Assembly (NCBI GenBank): GCA_965218435.1
Contig: CBDCKW010000005.1
Location: 480,001 to 544,000 of the forward strand
DNA from: Truepera sp.
GTDB lineage: Bacteria; Deinococcota; Deinococci; Deinococcales; Trueperaceae
Length of the DNA stretch: 64,000 nucleotides
Reading direction: 5' to 3'
Part shown: positions 10,376 through 21,706 of the stretch, in pieces
Position numbering within the stretch: the stretch's first letter is position 1
Layout of the letters: every line of letters starts with the position of its first letter
Notes under the pieces: generated by a model
Told to the model about the DNA's origin: nothing
The model's database searches: none
What the model saw: the letters and a program-made list of their open reading frames with translations, nothing else
Position numbers and translations under genes: made by a program

Positions 10376-10810
10376 ATGGTGGAGATTGTTCAACAAGACA
10401 ACCCAAGCGCCGAAGAAACAGAGTTCATCTATGGACAGCTCCGCCAGCACAACGCGGCGCATACAGGTCAGCTTTCCCGTAAAAGCTTACACATTTTCGC
10501 TTATGGGGCAGACCAACAGGTCGTCGGTGGGCTGTTCGGCGACATTGGTTGGGGCTGGCTCCATATCGACATCTTGTGGGTTGACGACGCCTATCGGGAA
10601 CAGGGAATAGGGGGCAAATTGCTAGCACAGGCCGAGGCCGAATCGCTAGCGATGGGCGTAGACCGGGGTTACTTGGAGACGACCAGTTTCCAGGCCCGAC
10701 CGTTCTACGAAAAGATGGGTTACGAGGTGTTTGCCGAGCTAGAGGACCAACCGCCGGGGTATACCTGCTACTACCTAAAGAAGATCGGCTTTCGGGGTAG
10801 TAGGCGTTAA
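10376..10810 (+). CDS. GNAT N-acetyltransferase
   Basis: LWVDDAYREQGIGGKLL and ARPFYEKMGY motifs. Confidence 0.9.
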   Translation: MVEIVQQDNPSAEETEFIYGQLRQHNAAHTGQLSRKSLHIFAYGADQQVVGGLFGDIGWGWLHIDILWVDDAYREQGIGGKLLAQAEAESLAMGVDRGYLETTSFQARPFYEKMGYEVFAELEDQPPGYTCYYLKKIGFRGSRR

Positions 10811-10876
10811 CTAAAGAGCCTAGAGCACTGTGTCGCCACCCGTTGTTTTAGTTTTTGAATAGGCGTCTATAGATGT

Positions 10877-11059
10877 ATGACCCGACATAGCGAGGAAAGA
10901 CACGTACACCAAAAAGACGAGCCGGAACTGTTCGAGCACCTGGAAAACCTGATGTTCTCCGGCGCAACGGACGTCGAGGTAGAGGGCCAGACTTACAACG
11001 CTGCGAGAGACAAAGACGAAGACGGTAACGAGTTTTTTGTGTTGACTCCCATAGGTTGA
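10877..11059 (+). CDS. Small acidic hypothetical protein
   Basis: 60-aa ORF of plausible composition; no recognised motif. Confidence 0.4.
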   Translation: MTRHSEERHVHQKDEPELFEHLENLMFSGATDVEVEGQTYNAARDKDEDGNEFFVLTPIG

Positions 11060-11380
11060 AAGAGCAGGATGGGGTAATGCTGAAGCCAAAGACAAGGCGG
11101 CGCTGTCACGCCCTGCACTCCTTATCGTAAAGTAGATATCTTCGTCAAGCATTCGCCAGAGAGCCTCTGGTACAGCCGAGATAAGGCGGTAGGGGGGAAT
11201 GTGCCGATCCCCGAGCGTGACCTGACCGGTTATCTGGTCAACGTCTGGCGATTCGACCGGTTAGATGAAGCAACAGGGGAGACCGTTCCCAAACTCAATA
11301 TCCAGGTCAAAGCCGATCAAGACTATGTGATCCAGTCGGGCTTTTCGACGAACTTCGCCCACACCTTTCTCGTTGGGGTA

Positions 11381-11707
11381 CTAGGGCTCGAGCCCGAGCA
11401 GATACTTTAGATCGATGCGGGCGCGAACCGCGTCGGCGGCCCCCCTGTCAGAGAGATTTTCTAAAAACTGGACGACCGTAACGGTAGCTAAACGCCAAGG
11501 CGAGAGTGAAGGCTGGCCGCGATCAGGAAATAGCTCGGCGAAGTCCTCGTCGCAGTACAGCGCGCCGAACTCGTCTCTGATTCTTAAGTACAGGTTCCCT
11601 TTGGGGAACGCGGCGTGAGCGACACGGCTGGTTTCTGCTGGAGCAACGCTGATCTTGTTTGGCTTGAGCATCACTCATTATGGCTTCTCGATTTCGCCAA
11701 CAGTATC
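11381..11707 (-). mobile_element. IS1182-family remnant (left end plus transposase N-terminus 11381-11674)
   Basis: GQPSLSPWRLA..QFLENLSDR..AVRARIDLKYLLGLE; terminus GATACTGTTGGCG at 11707. Confidence 0.8.
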
Positions 11708-11775
11708 ACGACCGTTTTTTGGTACGGTTTGCAGTGCCGCCCGGCTATCTCTTTAGGCGGCGGTTCAGCCAAGCT

Positions 11776-12711
11776 TCATGAACCCAGAGGCTCAAAATCG
11801 TCCGGGCCTAAAGCCTCGAGGTGGCTCAGTTCGGTGTGAAAATGAGTAGAAGCATCTTTGGCGAGCCTAAGCTCCCCGAAATTGGGTGTCGAGCCATAGA
11901 GTTGTTGGTAAGACTGGATGACGTGCAACTCGTTCAACCGTCCGACCTCCTCCTCGGTTGATATCCCAAAGTGGGTAGACATGCTCTGCTTTGGCCTCAT
12001 GACAAGCAGGAGACTCGGGCTGAGCGGAATGTTAAAGCCGAGCAGCGGGTAATCTTCGGGTTTGTGGCTATAGAAGTCAACAAGTCCCATAAAGGCACGA
12101 ATGTAGAAAAACTTAGCCTTCGGCGAGGCATCCGGTAGCGGAATCTCAAAAGGCATTGTGGATACAGGGCTATCTGAGGTAATGAGGGGAACTCCGGTCG
12201 GGTTCTCAAAAAGCTCCCAGTTATCTATCTCGAAGAGATAGAGCGCTAGGGGGACGGCGAAACGCATCATGACGTAAAGGTGAGCTTCATCGTCACGCAG
12301 GCTATATCCGGGAAAGTCGCGCTTTATGATGCTGCGATAGCTCATCCCCTGCTGCTTCGGGACCCGAACATGCTGGGTGGCGACAAAATCCACCAAGCGT
12401 TTTTTGTCGCGCGCAGTGAGCCAAGAGATATCTCGCGTCTCGTTGATTTTCTTGACTACTTCACCTGCAAGTGTTTCGATTCTAGCGAGGTCCTTTTCCA
12501 TGAACTTGCGTTCGTCGTCCTCATGCTCGTAGTACCAAGGACCGTAAGCTACTTCTGGGATAAATGGCGGAACGTCGGTGGTCTCGCCGGTGCCCTTGTT
12601 ATGGACGTAAATTTGCCACCGCTTTTTGTTCGGGTGCCGCTGTGACTTGAGTGTGGCAAAGTAGTTCAGGTAAAACCTAGGTACATAATGCTGTTTGACA
12701 TAGGCGGGCAT
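11776..12711 (-). CDS. DUF4238-like protein
   Basis: N-terminal KQHYVPRFYLNYF; LITSDSPV; PLSP motifs. Confidence 0.8.
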   Translation of the reverse strand: MPAYVKQHYVPRFYLNYFATLKSQRHPNKKRWQIYVHNKGTGETTDVPPFIPEVAYGPWYYEHEDDERKFMEKDLARIETLAGEVVKKINETRDISWLTARDKKRLVDFVATQHVRVPKQQGMSYRSIIKRDFPGYSLRDDEAHLYVMMRFAVPLALYLFEIDNWELFENPTGVPLITSDSPVSTMPFEIPLPDASPKAKFFYIRAFMGLVDFYSHKPEDYPLLGFNIPLSPSLLLVMRPKQSMSTHFGISTEEEVGRLNELHVIQSYQQLYGSTPNFGELRLAKDASTHFHTELSHLEALGPDDFEPLGS

Positions 12712-12771
12712 CTCAAGGCCATTATACCAAGTTTGTTAAATAGTTTCATAAACTGCACTTGAATGAGCGGG

Positions 12772-13599
12772 TTATATAGGTTCTTGTTGCTCGTCTATGT
12801 CAGTCGGAGAAGGTTGCGACCCGCTTTCGTGCTTTGTATCTGTAGCCTGGCGATTTAGGTAGTCAATGGGCGAGATTTTGCGCTTCCCTACACCCCCAAC
12901 TAAACGAAGCACGCCTTTACCGTCTTGGACAACTCTTGGCAGATTGGCGTTTTCCAGCACAGGCTCCGGCATTGGTACCTTCCGACCCATAATGTGCCCT
13001 AAACTTACGCTTTGAAGATGAACCATTAAGTCCTGCATTAGTCCTCGTTGCTCTCGCAAAGACTCTCCTAGCTCGTTTAAACACTGTGGAGCATGCATGC
13101 CTGTAACTGTAAAAAGAGGGTCGATACCATCCTCCGAAAAAACAGATGAAGCTAGCAGTCCCCACAATTGTATAGACCCGTCATATATATGCTCGTGACG
13201 GTCTACAAGCGTGGGTAAGAGAGCTGCGATTTCAGGGAAAACGATTTGGTACTCCTCAATTCTCTCTTTCCAAATTCGTCCGCGTGGGTCGTCAATGATA
13301 GGCCGCCACTGTTGCATGAATGGCTCCCACTCCACTTGCATCCCCTGCATGATGTGCAGATAAGCCGGAAAGATATATGCATGGTAGGCGTACAGCCAGG
13401 TTTGGTACTCTCGGATTGCAGATGTCACGCTTAGCCGAGCTGTGTCCTCGACCTGCATCAAGAATTGACGTTTCTGCGCATTTAAGGTAAGTCGGTGAGA
13501 AATTACCCATCCAATAACAACGACAACAATGCCAAGAACACCCAGCACAGCATCAGTATTAATTTCAGTACGCGGTGGCGGATTATCTAGCATGACCAT
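12772..13599 (-). CDS. Hypothetical protein with single N-terminal TM helix
   Basis: 275-aa ORF; hydrophobic AVLGVLGIVVVVIGWVI. Confidence 0.65.
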   Translation of the reverse strand: MVMLDNPPPRTEINTDAVLGVLGIVVVVIGWVISHRLTLNAQKRQFLMQVEDTARLSVTSAIREYQTWLYAYHAYIFPAYLHIMQGMQVEWEPFMQQWRPIIDDPRGRIWKERIEEYQIVFPEIAALLPTLVDRHEHIYDGSIQLWGLLASSVFSEDGIDPLFTVTGMHAPQCLNELGESLREQRGLMQDLMVHLQSVSLGHIMGRKVPMPEPVLENANLPRVVQDGKGVLRLVGGVGKRKISPIDYLNRQATDTKHESGSQPSPTDIDEQQEPI

Positions 13600-13649
13600 T
13601 TTAAGAGGTTATCAAAGAAAGGTCCTTATTTAATTCATGGGCCGGAGCG

Positions 13650-14836
13650 GGTTGCGTCAACTTGTTTCACATCGGGTAGGCTGATGCGGTGCACGAGTCG
13701 ACCGAACGGCCCAAGGGGTACCGCTTTCCAAAGCTGATCATCTCGTACGTGGCGTACCTCTACCACCGCTCTATAGGAGCACGAGTTGGAATGTCCTACG
13801 GTGGATGCAGCCTAGACGCCTTACGCCTTCGAAACACGGACCCAAACCAAGAAGCCTCGAGAGTAACAGAGATTCGAATACACCTGTTACCAAACTCGCT
13901 TTGCCCTCAGCTCCCCGACTCTCCTGGTTGATGGTGCGTGACGCAGCTACGCTCAAGCCTGAGGAGACCCTTGTCTTCAGACACCTCTCGCAACATCACT
14001 CCGAGTGCCCGTTCGACCAGCTGTTTACTCAACTGCCTTAGTACTCCGGTGAGATCGTGTTCGTTATCGACCTCACGTAAAAGCTCGTCGAGTACCTCAG
14101 GATCAATTCGTGATTTCGTCTCCGCCATCTTGTGTCTCCTTCCTCAGCCTTATCTTGGCTGATTCCGCTAAACACAAAATTCAGGACACCCTCGAGCATG
14201 CTCAGAATCTCTCAAGCCTCGTTGTTGCCGCTCCTGCTCTCTGGTAAACCGGTGCGATTGCTCAATCAAACTATTCTGCCGCTCAGCGACTGAAACGGTA
14301 ATGTGTTCACTCCCGCCCGGCTCAGGTAACTCCCTGAGTGCCGCGCCGTAGCTCCTCAAGCCGTACGCTGCGCTCAAACTTCGTACACGGTCACGAGCCG
14401 CTCGGGTAGCTCGTGCTCGTCGATCAGCCTGCGAAAGAAACGCTTGGCCGCGCCGGTGTCCCGGTGCGCTTGCAGTAGCACGTCTAAGACGTCGCCATGC
14501 TCATTCACAGCTCGCCATAACTAATGCGTGATCCCGCCTACAACGACGCGCATTTCGTCCAGATGCCAGGTCCTGCCGCGTCTTGGCTTACGGTATCGTA
14601 GTGCCTCGGCTAGGTCGGGACAAAACTTGTTACACCAGACCCGGACCGTTTCATGGCTGACGTCGCCCCCCCGCTCGAACAGCAGCTCTTGCACATCGCG
14701 GTAGGAAAGCAAGAAGCGGTGGTAGAGATAGACCGCATACGAGATGACGGCTTTGGGGAAACGGTAACCTTTGGGACTCTCAGCTGAAGCAAACACCCCA
14801 GCAGCCTACCTCAGCCGAAATAAGTTGACGGAGCCG
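13650..14836. mobile_element. Nest of IS remnants: IS6 5' fragment (+, from 13650), ISL3 fragment (~13800-13995), IS256 left end and N-terminus (-, ~13995-14193), degenerate IS6 (-, ~14194-14836)
   Basis: Two KGYRFPK..ISY..YLYHR starts with GGTTGCGTCAACT/GGCTCCGTCAACT ends; TWHLDEM; LPSAPRLSWL; KQLVERAL; IS256-like end GAGGGTGTCCTGAATTTTGTG. Confidence 0.75.
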
Positions 14837-14859
14837 ATCTGAACAGTTAAATTACCCGC

Positions 14860-15945
14860 TAAGTACCTCCAACTCAAAGAAGTAGGATAATGAAGGAATG
14901 GCGAATCGAGCGCACAGGTTTATCCAACTGGACAACGAGGAGAATAGCAAGTTAAGAGCGATAGAGCAGAATGTCCATATGAAGGCAAAGGTACGTTTGC
15001 GTGCCCAAGTACTAAGATTGTCGAATCAAGGTATGGCGATAGAGCGCATCTCTGAGCATGTAGCGAAGAACTACGAAACTATACGAAGAACGTTTGACTG
15101 TTGGGAAAAAGAAGGTTACGCAGGCTTAGCCGATCATTACGAAGCCCACGGACGAAAACCCCTTATCAGCGAAGAAGTCAAAACGTTTATGGCAGCGAAG
15201 TTGATAGAACCAAGAACCTGGACGTGTGAGCAACTTGCTGAGGCTATTTTTGAGGGCTACGGCGTCAAGGTAGGCGCTGAAGGCATCCGCAAACGACTTA
15301 AAGAAATGGGCTACAGCTGGAAAAAGGGGCGGTTTGTCCCAGCCAAGCGTCCCGGCGAGGACGAGCTTAAGCATCATAAAGCAGCTTTAGACACGTTGAA
15401 AAAGGGGCGCTGGCGCAAAGACTGAAACTGCTTTATCTTGATCAGGTAGGTTTTAGTCTGACCCTCAAACCTATCAAGACCTGGACACCCAAGGGCTCGG
15501 GTATTCAGTTTGAAATTCCTTCCTGGCAAGGTTCAGCAGGCAGGCTCAACCTCATAGGAGCTTTGGACTTTGCAGCTAACAAGCTTTTCTACCGTGATTT
15601 GGCAGGTAGCTGTGAGGCCAAAAAATGTGAGGCGTTTCTTGACCAGCTAGCCCAACAAGCCGACCCCGAAGGTTTGACTGTCGTGGTGCTTGATAATGCC
15701 CGCTTTCATAAAGCCGCTAACATTAAAGCCAAAGAACCCTGTTGGCAAGCCAAAGGCTTATTTCTTCGTTATCTCCCACCTTATTCGCCACATTTGAATC
15801 CCATCGAGGCTTTATGGCGTGTGCTGAAGGGTTTTCTATTACCCAGACGCTTATATACCTCGCTTAAAGACCTCAAAGATGCCGTCTTTTCTACCCTTGC
15901 GCTCTTGGAAGCTATTATCCTTTAGTTTCAGGTTGGAGGTACTTA
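14860..15945 (+). mobile_element. IS630-family element; transposase split into 14898-15425 and a -1 frame ending at 15925
   Basis: IRs TA-AGTACCTCCAAC / GTTGGAGGTACT-TA; YLDQ, VVLDNARFH and YSPHLNPIE motifs; AAAAAG at 15399-15404. Confidence 0.9.
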
Positions 15946-15946
15946 A

Positions 15947-17399
15947 CAGTAGTCTGTTGACAAGCGTCATTGATTGTTTTAGAACCGAGTATGAAAAGTC
16001 GTCGTCTGTCAGTCACGCCTGCACCTGGTTTATTAGAGGCATATAGCACCGCGTTCGACGACCTGTTCTCGAAACGCAATCAGCGCGACGTCTTCCGGCG
16101 CTATTTAGAGGGATTGTTGCTTCTCAGCGGGCGAAACAAGACCTTAACGGCGCTAGCGAACACCGAGCCGGTGGTGGACTCGGTTCACCCACAAGCGCAA
16201 AAGCTCCAGTGGTTCCTATCCGAGTCGACGTGGGATCCAGCAGTCGTCAATGTGCGACGCCTTGCTTTGCTGCAACAGACTGCTTCTACGGCGGCCACGC
16301 CCCAGGGAGTGTTGGTGATAGATGAAACCGGGGATCGTAAGTGGGGCAGCAAGACAGCCCATGTAGGTAGACAGTATCTTGGAAGTATCGGTAAAACCGA
16401 CAATGGCGTCGTTTCGGTCCACAGCCTCTGGGCTGATGAACAGCACTACTATCCCATCGAGTTCGAGCCCTACACCCCAGCGCACTGGTTTAGTCGCAAA
16501 GATAAGGACCCTGAGTTCCGCACCAAGCCTAAGATCGCCTTGACGCTCGTAAAACAGGCTCGAGCCGCTAACATCCCTTTTCGCGCAGTAGTGGCGGACA
16601 GTTTCTACGGGAAGAATGATGCTTTCAGGGACGGCTTAGAAAATGGCGGTGTTCCATTCGTGCTGGCGCTCTACCCGTCACATACCTGGTGGCATAAAAT
16701 CGGCACCATCGGCTCGGCCCAGGAAATAGCGCGTGCAGCACCTTGGCGTGAGAACGATCCAGGCAAGTGGCAATGGCAGGAGCGTTCCTTTCGAGATGGG
16801 CATAAGGAAATCTGGTGGGTATTGGAGGGTGAAGCGGGTCCTTATGGCGTCAACAAACCTCGGCGTCTGATCATCGCCACGACGGATCCGGAACAGCTGC
16901 CCACCTTGACAACCTGGTACCTCACGACGAACCTGCCTGCACCGAACTCACAACGCAAGAGAGAAGATAAGCTCGAGGCAGCAGGCGCTGGCGAAATAGT
17001 TAACCTTTACGGGCTCAGAATCTGGGTCGAGCAGAGCTATAAGCAGGTCAAGCAGCACCTGGGTTGGGCTGAATATCAGGTCCGCAGCGACCTTGCCATG
17101 CGGCGTCATTGGCAGCTCGTATGCTGTGCTTTTTCCTTCTGCTGGTGGGCGCTTAGCCAAGATAGCGGAGCTGTTAAAAACCCGGGACTCAAAAAAAAGT
17201 CCCGTCATTTCCTTGCGGCGGCTGACTTGGCCGCAGGCACTGAGAAAGATTCAGGCCTATCTCGAACCCCACCTCATGCTCTGGCGCTACTGGCAAGCGT
17301 GGTCCGAGCGGCCCCCGCCAGCTGAGTTGCAGGCACTGCTCGACTGGACCTTTCAGGGCAAACCGCTTTATCTCTACTGCTGATGTCAACAGACTACTG
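15947..17399 (+). mobile_element. IS701-family element; transposase 15991-17325 with shifted-frame C-terminus ending at 17383
   Basis: 16-bp IRs CAGTAGTCTGTTGACA; TTAA duplication; VIDETG, VGRQYLG, VADSFYG and WVEQSYKQVK motifs. Confidence 0.9.
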
Positions 17400-17412
17400 T
17401 TAAGTTAACCTT

Positions 17413-18618
17413 TTACAACCTGCCGCGCTGACCAAATGAACTTACAAACTTGGTCCACAACAATCGAGCCACATCAATGGTCAACTCAGTCTGGCGCTGA
17501 CCATTTGGAAACGCTTCGACCTCGCTCTGGTACTGAGCAGTGTAACCGTCATCAGTAATCGTGATGCGGCCATTTAAATGATAATAGGGTTCCCCACCGT
17601 AGAAACCAGGTTGTCCCACCTCATAAAGGACGACCCAGCCGTTCCAAGTCTGCTCGAGTCGCACCCGGTGTGAGGCCAACTGCTCCCCATTAGCTTCGCC
17701 TCGAACGATGAAGGCATTTTGCCCCTCTTGCCTTACCGTGATAGTGGCGTGGGGATGTTGGCTGTTGAATACTTTGGCCGCAACCCTAAATTCTTTCAGA
17801 GCCCGCTTGAGTGCCTTCCGCGCGAATTTCTCCCGGTCTGCCTCAGCGAGTTTTTTCCTCACCTTGGGAACGTCGAGTTTGGATCGGCTTGCAGCATTGT
17901 CTGAACGGCTAGGCGATGCTTTGGTCTTTGAGCGCACCTTGGGACCAGGGTTGCTTAGCCGAAAGGTAGAAGCCGCATCACCCTGACCATCCCGGGCCTG
18001 CTTAGCGCCCTGCCGTAACCTTGGTGGTAGCGCAGACTGCCTACTTATTTTACGAGAGCCCTTGTGATCATCCGTATACCGTTTAAGCACAGCCCGCGCT
18101 TCTAGCGTGAGATGTTCACGCATCATCCCCTCGAACGCTTTATCCGTGCCGTATTCCCTTGCCAAACCGTCCTTAAACACCCGTTGCTTGAAAAGTTGCA
18201 CCTGCTTGAGTTGCTCCGGATCAAGCCGGTCGATATCAGTTGCAACTTTACTACGGAAATAGAACATCACGCTTGGCTTGTACTTGCGTCGTCGCGACCA
18301 CTGCCGCCTAGCGAACTCGTACTCCTCGATCGTTCCCGAGGCAGCCTTGCCGGTGGGGGTACCCACTCGCGTCCACATAATCCCTAAGAAAATATCGTAG
18401 GGGCCAATCTGCCCGAAAATGGCGTCTTGAGCACGACCCTTTTTGGTTGCAGCAGGGCGGGTGTGGGTCTCCCAACCTTTGACATTGAGGCGGAAGCCAT
18501 CGTGTTCTCCGGAAGTGCGGTTGACCTCCTCGACAGCGGTTCGGACGGCCGCGCGCTCGCGCTTGACGTCACCAGGCGAGGCGAGGAAGACGGTTATCTC
18601 GACGACGTCTTTAGGCAC
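17413..18618 (-). CDS. DUF4062-like (TIR/nucleoside-deoxyribosyltransferase fold) domain protein with unknown C-terminus
   Basis: VFLASPGDVKRER, DIFLGIMWTRVGTP and SGTIEEYE motifs. Confidence 0.8.
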   Translation of the reverse strand: MPKDVVEITVFLASPGDVKRERAAVRTAVEEVNRTSGEHDGFRLNVKGWETHTRPAATKKGRAQDAIFGQIGPYDIFLGIMWTRVGTPTGKAASGTIEEYEFARRQWSRRRKYKPSVMFYFRSKVATDIDRLDPEQLKQVQLFKQRVFKDGLAREYGTDKAFEGMMREHLTLEARAVLKRYTDDHKGSRKISRQSALPPRLRQGAKQARDGQGDAASTFRLSNPGPKVRSKTKASPSRSDNAASRSKLDVPKVRKKLAEADREKFARKALKRALKEFRVAAKVFNSQHPHATITVRQEGQNAFIVRGEANGEQLASHRVRLEQTWNGWVVLYEVGQPGFYGGEPYYHLNGRITITDDGYTAQYQSEVEAFPNGQRQTELTIDVARLLWTKFVSSFGQRGRL

Positions 18619-18789
18619 AGTAGCTCAACGGTCCAGTCCTGGCCAAAGCGGGATGCGAATAACTATGGTGGACATCTTGTTCAAGTGTACCAACGTGCTG
18701 CAATATCAGGAATCTAAGGTTCCGTTTTGTTCTCTCACTCACGCGCGGTGGGTCCCTGATCAGCTCAAGCTGGCTCCGTCTGTATAACT

Positions 18790-19534
18790 TATGCGCCCGC
18801 CGCTCAGGGTGGTGTCCATCAGGAAGTCGATCGCCCAGACGTGGTGGGCGTGTTCCGGTTTGCGCTGGTGGCAGGCGTTCTCACCGTTCCCCAAACGAGT
18901 TCGTTTATGAGCTTTGGTCGGTACTTTCAGCCCTTCGGCCCGCCACAACCGCTGCACCCGCTTACGGTTAACGGCCCAGTGCGCTCTGTTGAGCTCGGCG
19001 GTGATACGCCGGTAGCCGTAGCGGGGGTGTAGTTCGGCGAGTTCATGGAGGCGCTTGACCAGTTCTTTGTCCCACTCCGGGCGCTGAAGCGGGTACTGCT
19101 GCGTGCTCCCAGCTTGGCCCAGCGCTCGGCAGGCCCGCCTTTCGCTGACGCCCAGTTCGCGGCGGACGTGGCTGACAACGTCCCGGCGGGTGCTGGGCGT
19201 CAGAACTTTGTTTTCAGCGCCTCTTTGAAGATGTCGTTGTCGAGTTCTTTCTCGGCCAGCAATCTCTTGAGCCGGGCGTTCTCCTTCTCAAGTTCCTTGA
19301 GCTGTCTGGCGTCGCCCTTCTCCATCCCGCCGTACTTCTTACGCCAGCGGTAGAAGCTCCACTCGCTGATCGAGAGCGTGCGGCACGCTTCAGCAACTGT
19401 CTTTCCCTGGTTGGTTGCCTTCTCGATGTCGCGGAGAATATCGATGATCTGCTCGGGAGTGTGAGTCTTTCGCATGGCCATTCCTTTCAGCCTGACTCAC
19501 ATCCTGCTTGGCTTAGGTTTTTGGGGTCATCCCA
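18790..19534 (-). mobile_element. Truncated IS3-family element (orfA 19200-19481, partial orfB)
   Basis: FYRWRKKYGGME..LKELEKENARLKRL; YGYRRI and VWAIDF in orfB; TG-start left end. Confidence 0.85.
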
Positions 19535-19885
19535 GAGCTGATCGTGGTCGGACCCGGGCTCACCACCCGGCATAATGCCATCGAAACGCCAACGATGCGC
19601 AAGCGGCGTAAGGACCGGATGAAGGGCAAGCTCGAGCCCCTCGTTCGCTTCGGCATGTTCGAAGTGTTTAGCGGGAAAGAGTGGCAAAGGGCGAAGGAGG
19701 TCTAACCTGAGCTTTTAGGTCGAGGGTGCCGCCAGCCCCAGCTCAGCCACGGAGTCGAGCTTGCCGCCGCTGCACACGCCGTTCACCCGGGCACCTAAGA
19801 GCTTGGCGCGCACTATCCCGAATCCGCCCACTCTTGAGCCTCACGTAGCTCCAGTCGGTAGCGGTCCGAAAAGCGCCCCCCGGGC

Positions 19886-20244
19886 GTGGACTTACGCTGC
19901 GCTATGGTCGGGGTTTTCGTGCTCGTGTTCGCGCTTCACTTAGCGGCTGCGCTGCTCGCCGAAAAGCCCCCTAAAGACGGTGAACGGTACCTCACGATGG
20001 CCGCCTTCGTGCTGCTCATCCCGGCGCTGTTAAGTACCTCCAAGTTGAAACTACACGTTAATGTCTGTAGCAGTGTGGTTGCTTCAAGCTCTTGGTCATT
20101 CAAAATCTTAGCTTGTCAGCTCTTCAGGTAGGAAAGCATTATCCAGGGTTTTTAGGTTGGACGTACTTAGTGCAGAGGCTGCCGCTCACCATCTTGCCCC
20201 TGCTTTCACTCTTTTTCGCGGCGTACCTGCGCTGTGCGCGGTAA
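19886..20244 (+). pseudogene. Small membrane protein interrupted by a MITE
   Basis: Removing the MITE gives a continuous hydrophobic frame LLIPALL-VQRLPLTILPLLSLFFAAYLRCAR*. Confidence 0.5.
20031..20169. mobile_element. IS630-related MITE (~139 bp)
   Basis: TA-AGTACCTCCAA ... TTGGACGTACT-TA; ends match the IS630 at 14860-15945. Confidence 0.8.
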
Positions 20245-20316
20245 GGTTTTTCCCAACGGTTACCGCCCGGACAAGGAAATCTGGTACGTTAGGCAAGCTT
20301 TAGAGGAGGCCAAGCG

Positions 20317-20598
20317 GTGGCAAACATCTCGAAAACGGACCTGGTCAAAGAACTGGCGGAAAAAACCGGCATGGGCCAGAAAGACGTCAAGACCGTGGTG
20401 GAGGGGATGCTCGAGAGCGTTACGCATCACCTCAAAGGAGGCGACAAGGTGCAGCTTACCGGCTTCGGCACCTTCGAGGTTAGGGAGCGCAGCGCCCGCA
20501 CGGGTGTCAAACCCGGCACGACGGAGGAGATGGAGTTTCCGACGAGCAAGGTCCCGGCGTTCAAAGCGGGCAAGGCCCTCAAGGATGACATCGCCTAG
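20317..20598 (+). CDS. hup: HU family DNA-binding protein
   Basis: KVQLTGFGTFEVRERSARTG..P.T..VPAFKAGKALKD; GGAGG RBS. Confidence 0.95.
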   Translation: MANISKTDLVKELAEKTGMGQKDVKTVVEGMLESVTHHLKGGDKVQLTGFGTFEVRERSARTGVKPGTTEEMEFPTSKVPAFKAGKALKDDIA

Positions 20599-20664
20599 CT
20601 TTGCTGGCCCGCCATAACGGCCTCTTAACCGATCAACTCAGGCTTTTCGTCAATCCAAGCTCGG

Positions 20665-21510
20665 TTACACCCGGTCGAGTCCGGCTTCACGCCACACCTT
20701 AGCGAGCGCTTCGGCGGTCGTCCGCACCGCGTCCTCGGGGGCCATCGCCCGCAGCGGCGCGTTAAACGGCTCGACGACGACTGGGCCGTCGTAGCCGACC
20801 CGCTGCAAGGTGCCCAGGAAGCTATTCAGGTCGACGACCCCGGTTTCCCCCGGCAGGCAGCGGACGCCGTCCACCTGATCGTCGATGGCGACGCCCGCGG
20901 GCGCGTCGTTGACGTGGACGTCCACCACGTTTCCGGCGGTAAGGCGTTCCAGGTCCGCCGGGTCGTGGCCCGAGGTGTACCAGTGCCAGGCGTCGAGCAG
21001 CAGCCCTACGTTCGGGCCAACCGCGTCGCACAGCTCGAGCATCCCCGGAACCGTATGGATGAACGCGTAGGGGTGTCCGTCGCGCAGCGTCTTGGGGCCG
21101 AGGAACTCGAGGCCCAGCCGGATGCCGTGCTCGGCCAGGATGGCTGCTGGTCGCACCAAACGCTCTTGGTGGAAGTCGAAGTTGGCCCTGTAGTCCCGGT
21201 CGTTGCTCCACGAGAAAACGTAGGTCGAGGCGCGGCTGCAGCCGACCCGCTGCGCGGCCTCAGCGACGGACCTCAGCCGAGCTAGCGACGCTTCATACGC
21301 GTCGTTGTCGCCCCGGATATCGACGGGCAGGCCGAACGAGCCGGGTTTCAGGCCGTGCTCGGTGAGCGTCTCGCGCACGGCGTCGGCCTCCTCAAGCAGG
21401 TGTCCGGCGTCGAGCGCCAGCCCCTCGAAGCCGTAACGCGCCGCTAGCCGGGCACCCTCCTCGAAACTCACGGACACGTCGATGGCCCCGGGACTTAGGG
21501 TTCGGTACAT
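20665..21510 (-). CDS. Sugar phosphate isomerase/epimerase (xylose-isomerase-like TIM barrel)
   Basis: GLEFLG, LLDAWHW, VHVND, PGETG, GYDGPVVVE; GGAGG RBS before 21510. Confidence 0.85.
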   Translation of the reverse strand: MYRTLSPGAIDVSVSFEEGARLAARYGFEGLALDAGHLLEEADAVRETLTEHGLKPGSFGLPVDIRGDNDAYEASLARLRSVAEAAQRVGCSRASTYVFSWSNDRDYRANFDFHQERLVRPAAILAEHGIRLGLEFLGPKTLRDGHPYAFIHTVPGMLELCDAVGPNVGLLLDAWHWYTSGHDPADLERLTAGNVVDVHVNDAPAGVAIDDQVDGVRCLPGETGVVDLNSFLGTLQRVGYDGPVVVEPFNAPLRAMAPEDAVRTTAEALAKVWREAGLDRV

Positions 21511-21706
21511 ACGAGCCTCCTCCAGACGGCATGATTCTACCCTGACGGCTCGGGCCTCTGCGCCGTTCGCCGCCACCGACAACTGCTCAACGTTGCTGCC
21601 GCTACGGATCAGCACCGCGTTTATGCTGTTGTGCTTTAATGAGGCGCGTTCCAAATCAACAGGTCGGGCGGCGCACTCGCGGCGTCTCCGGGTCCAAAGG
21701 GGTCGA

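Noticed and set aside
18712..18756. Possible Tn3-family terminal repeat
   Set aside because: Only a loose resemblance, with no partner end or Tn3 transposase in the window.
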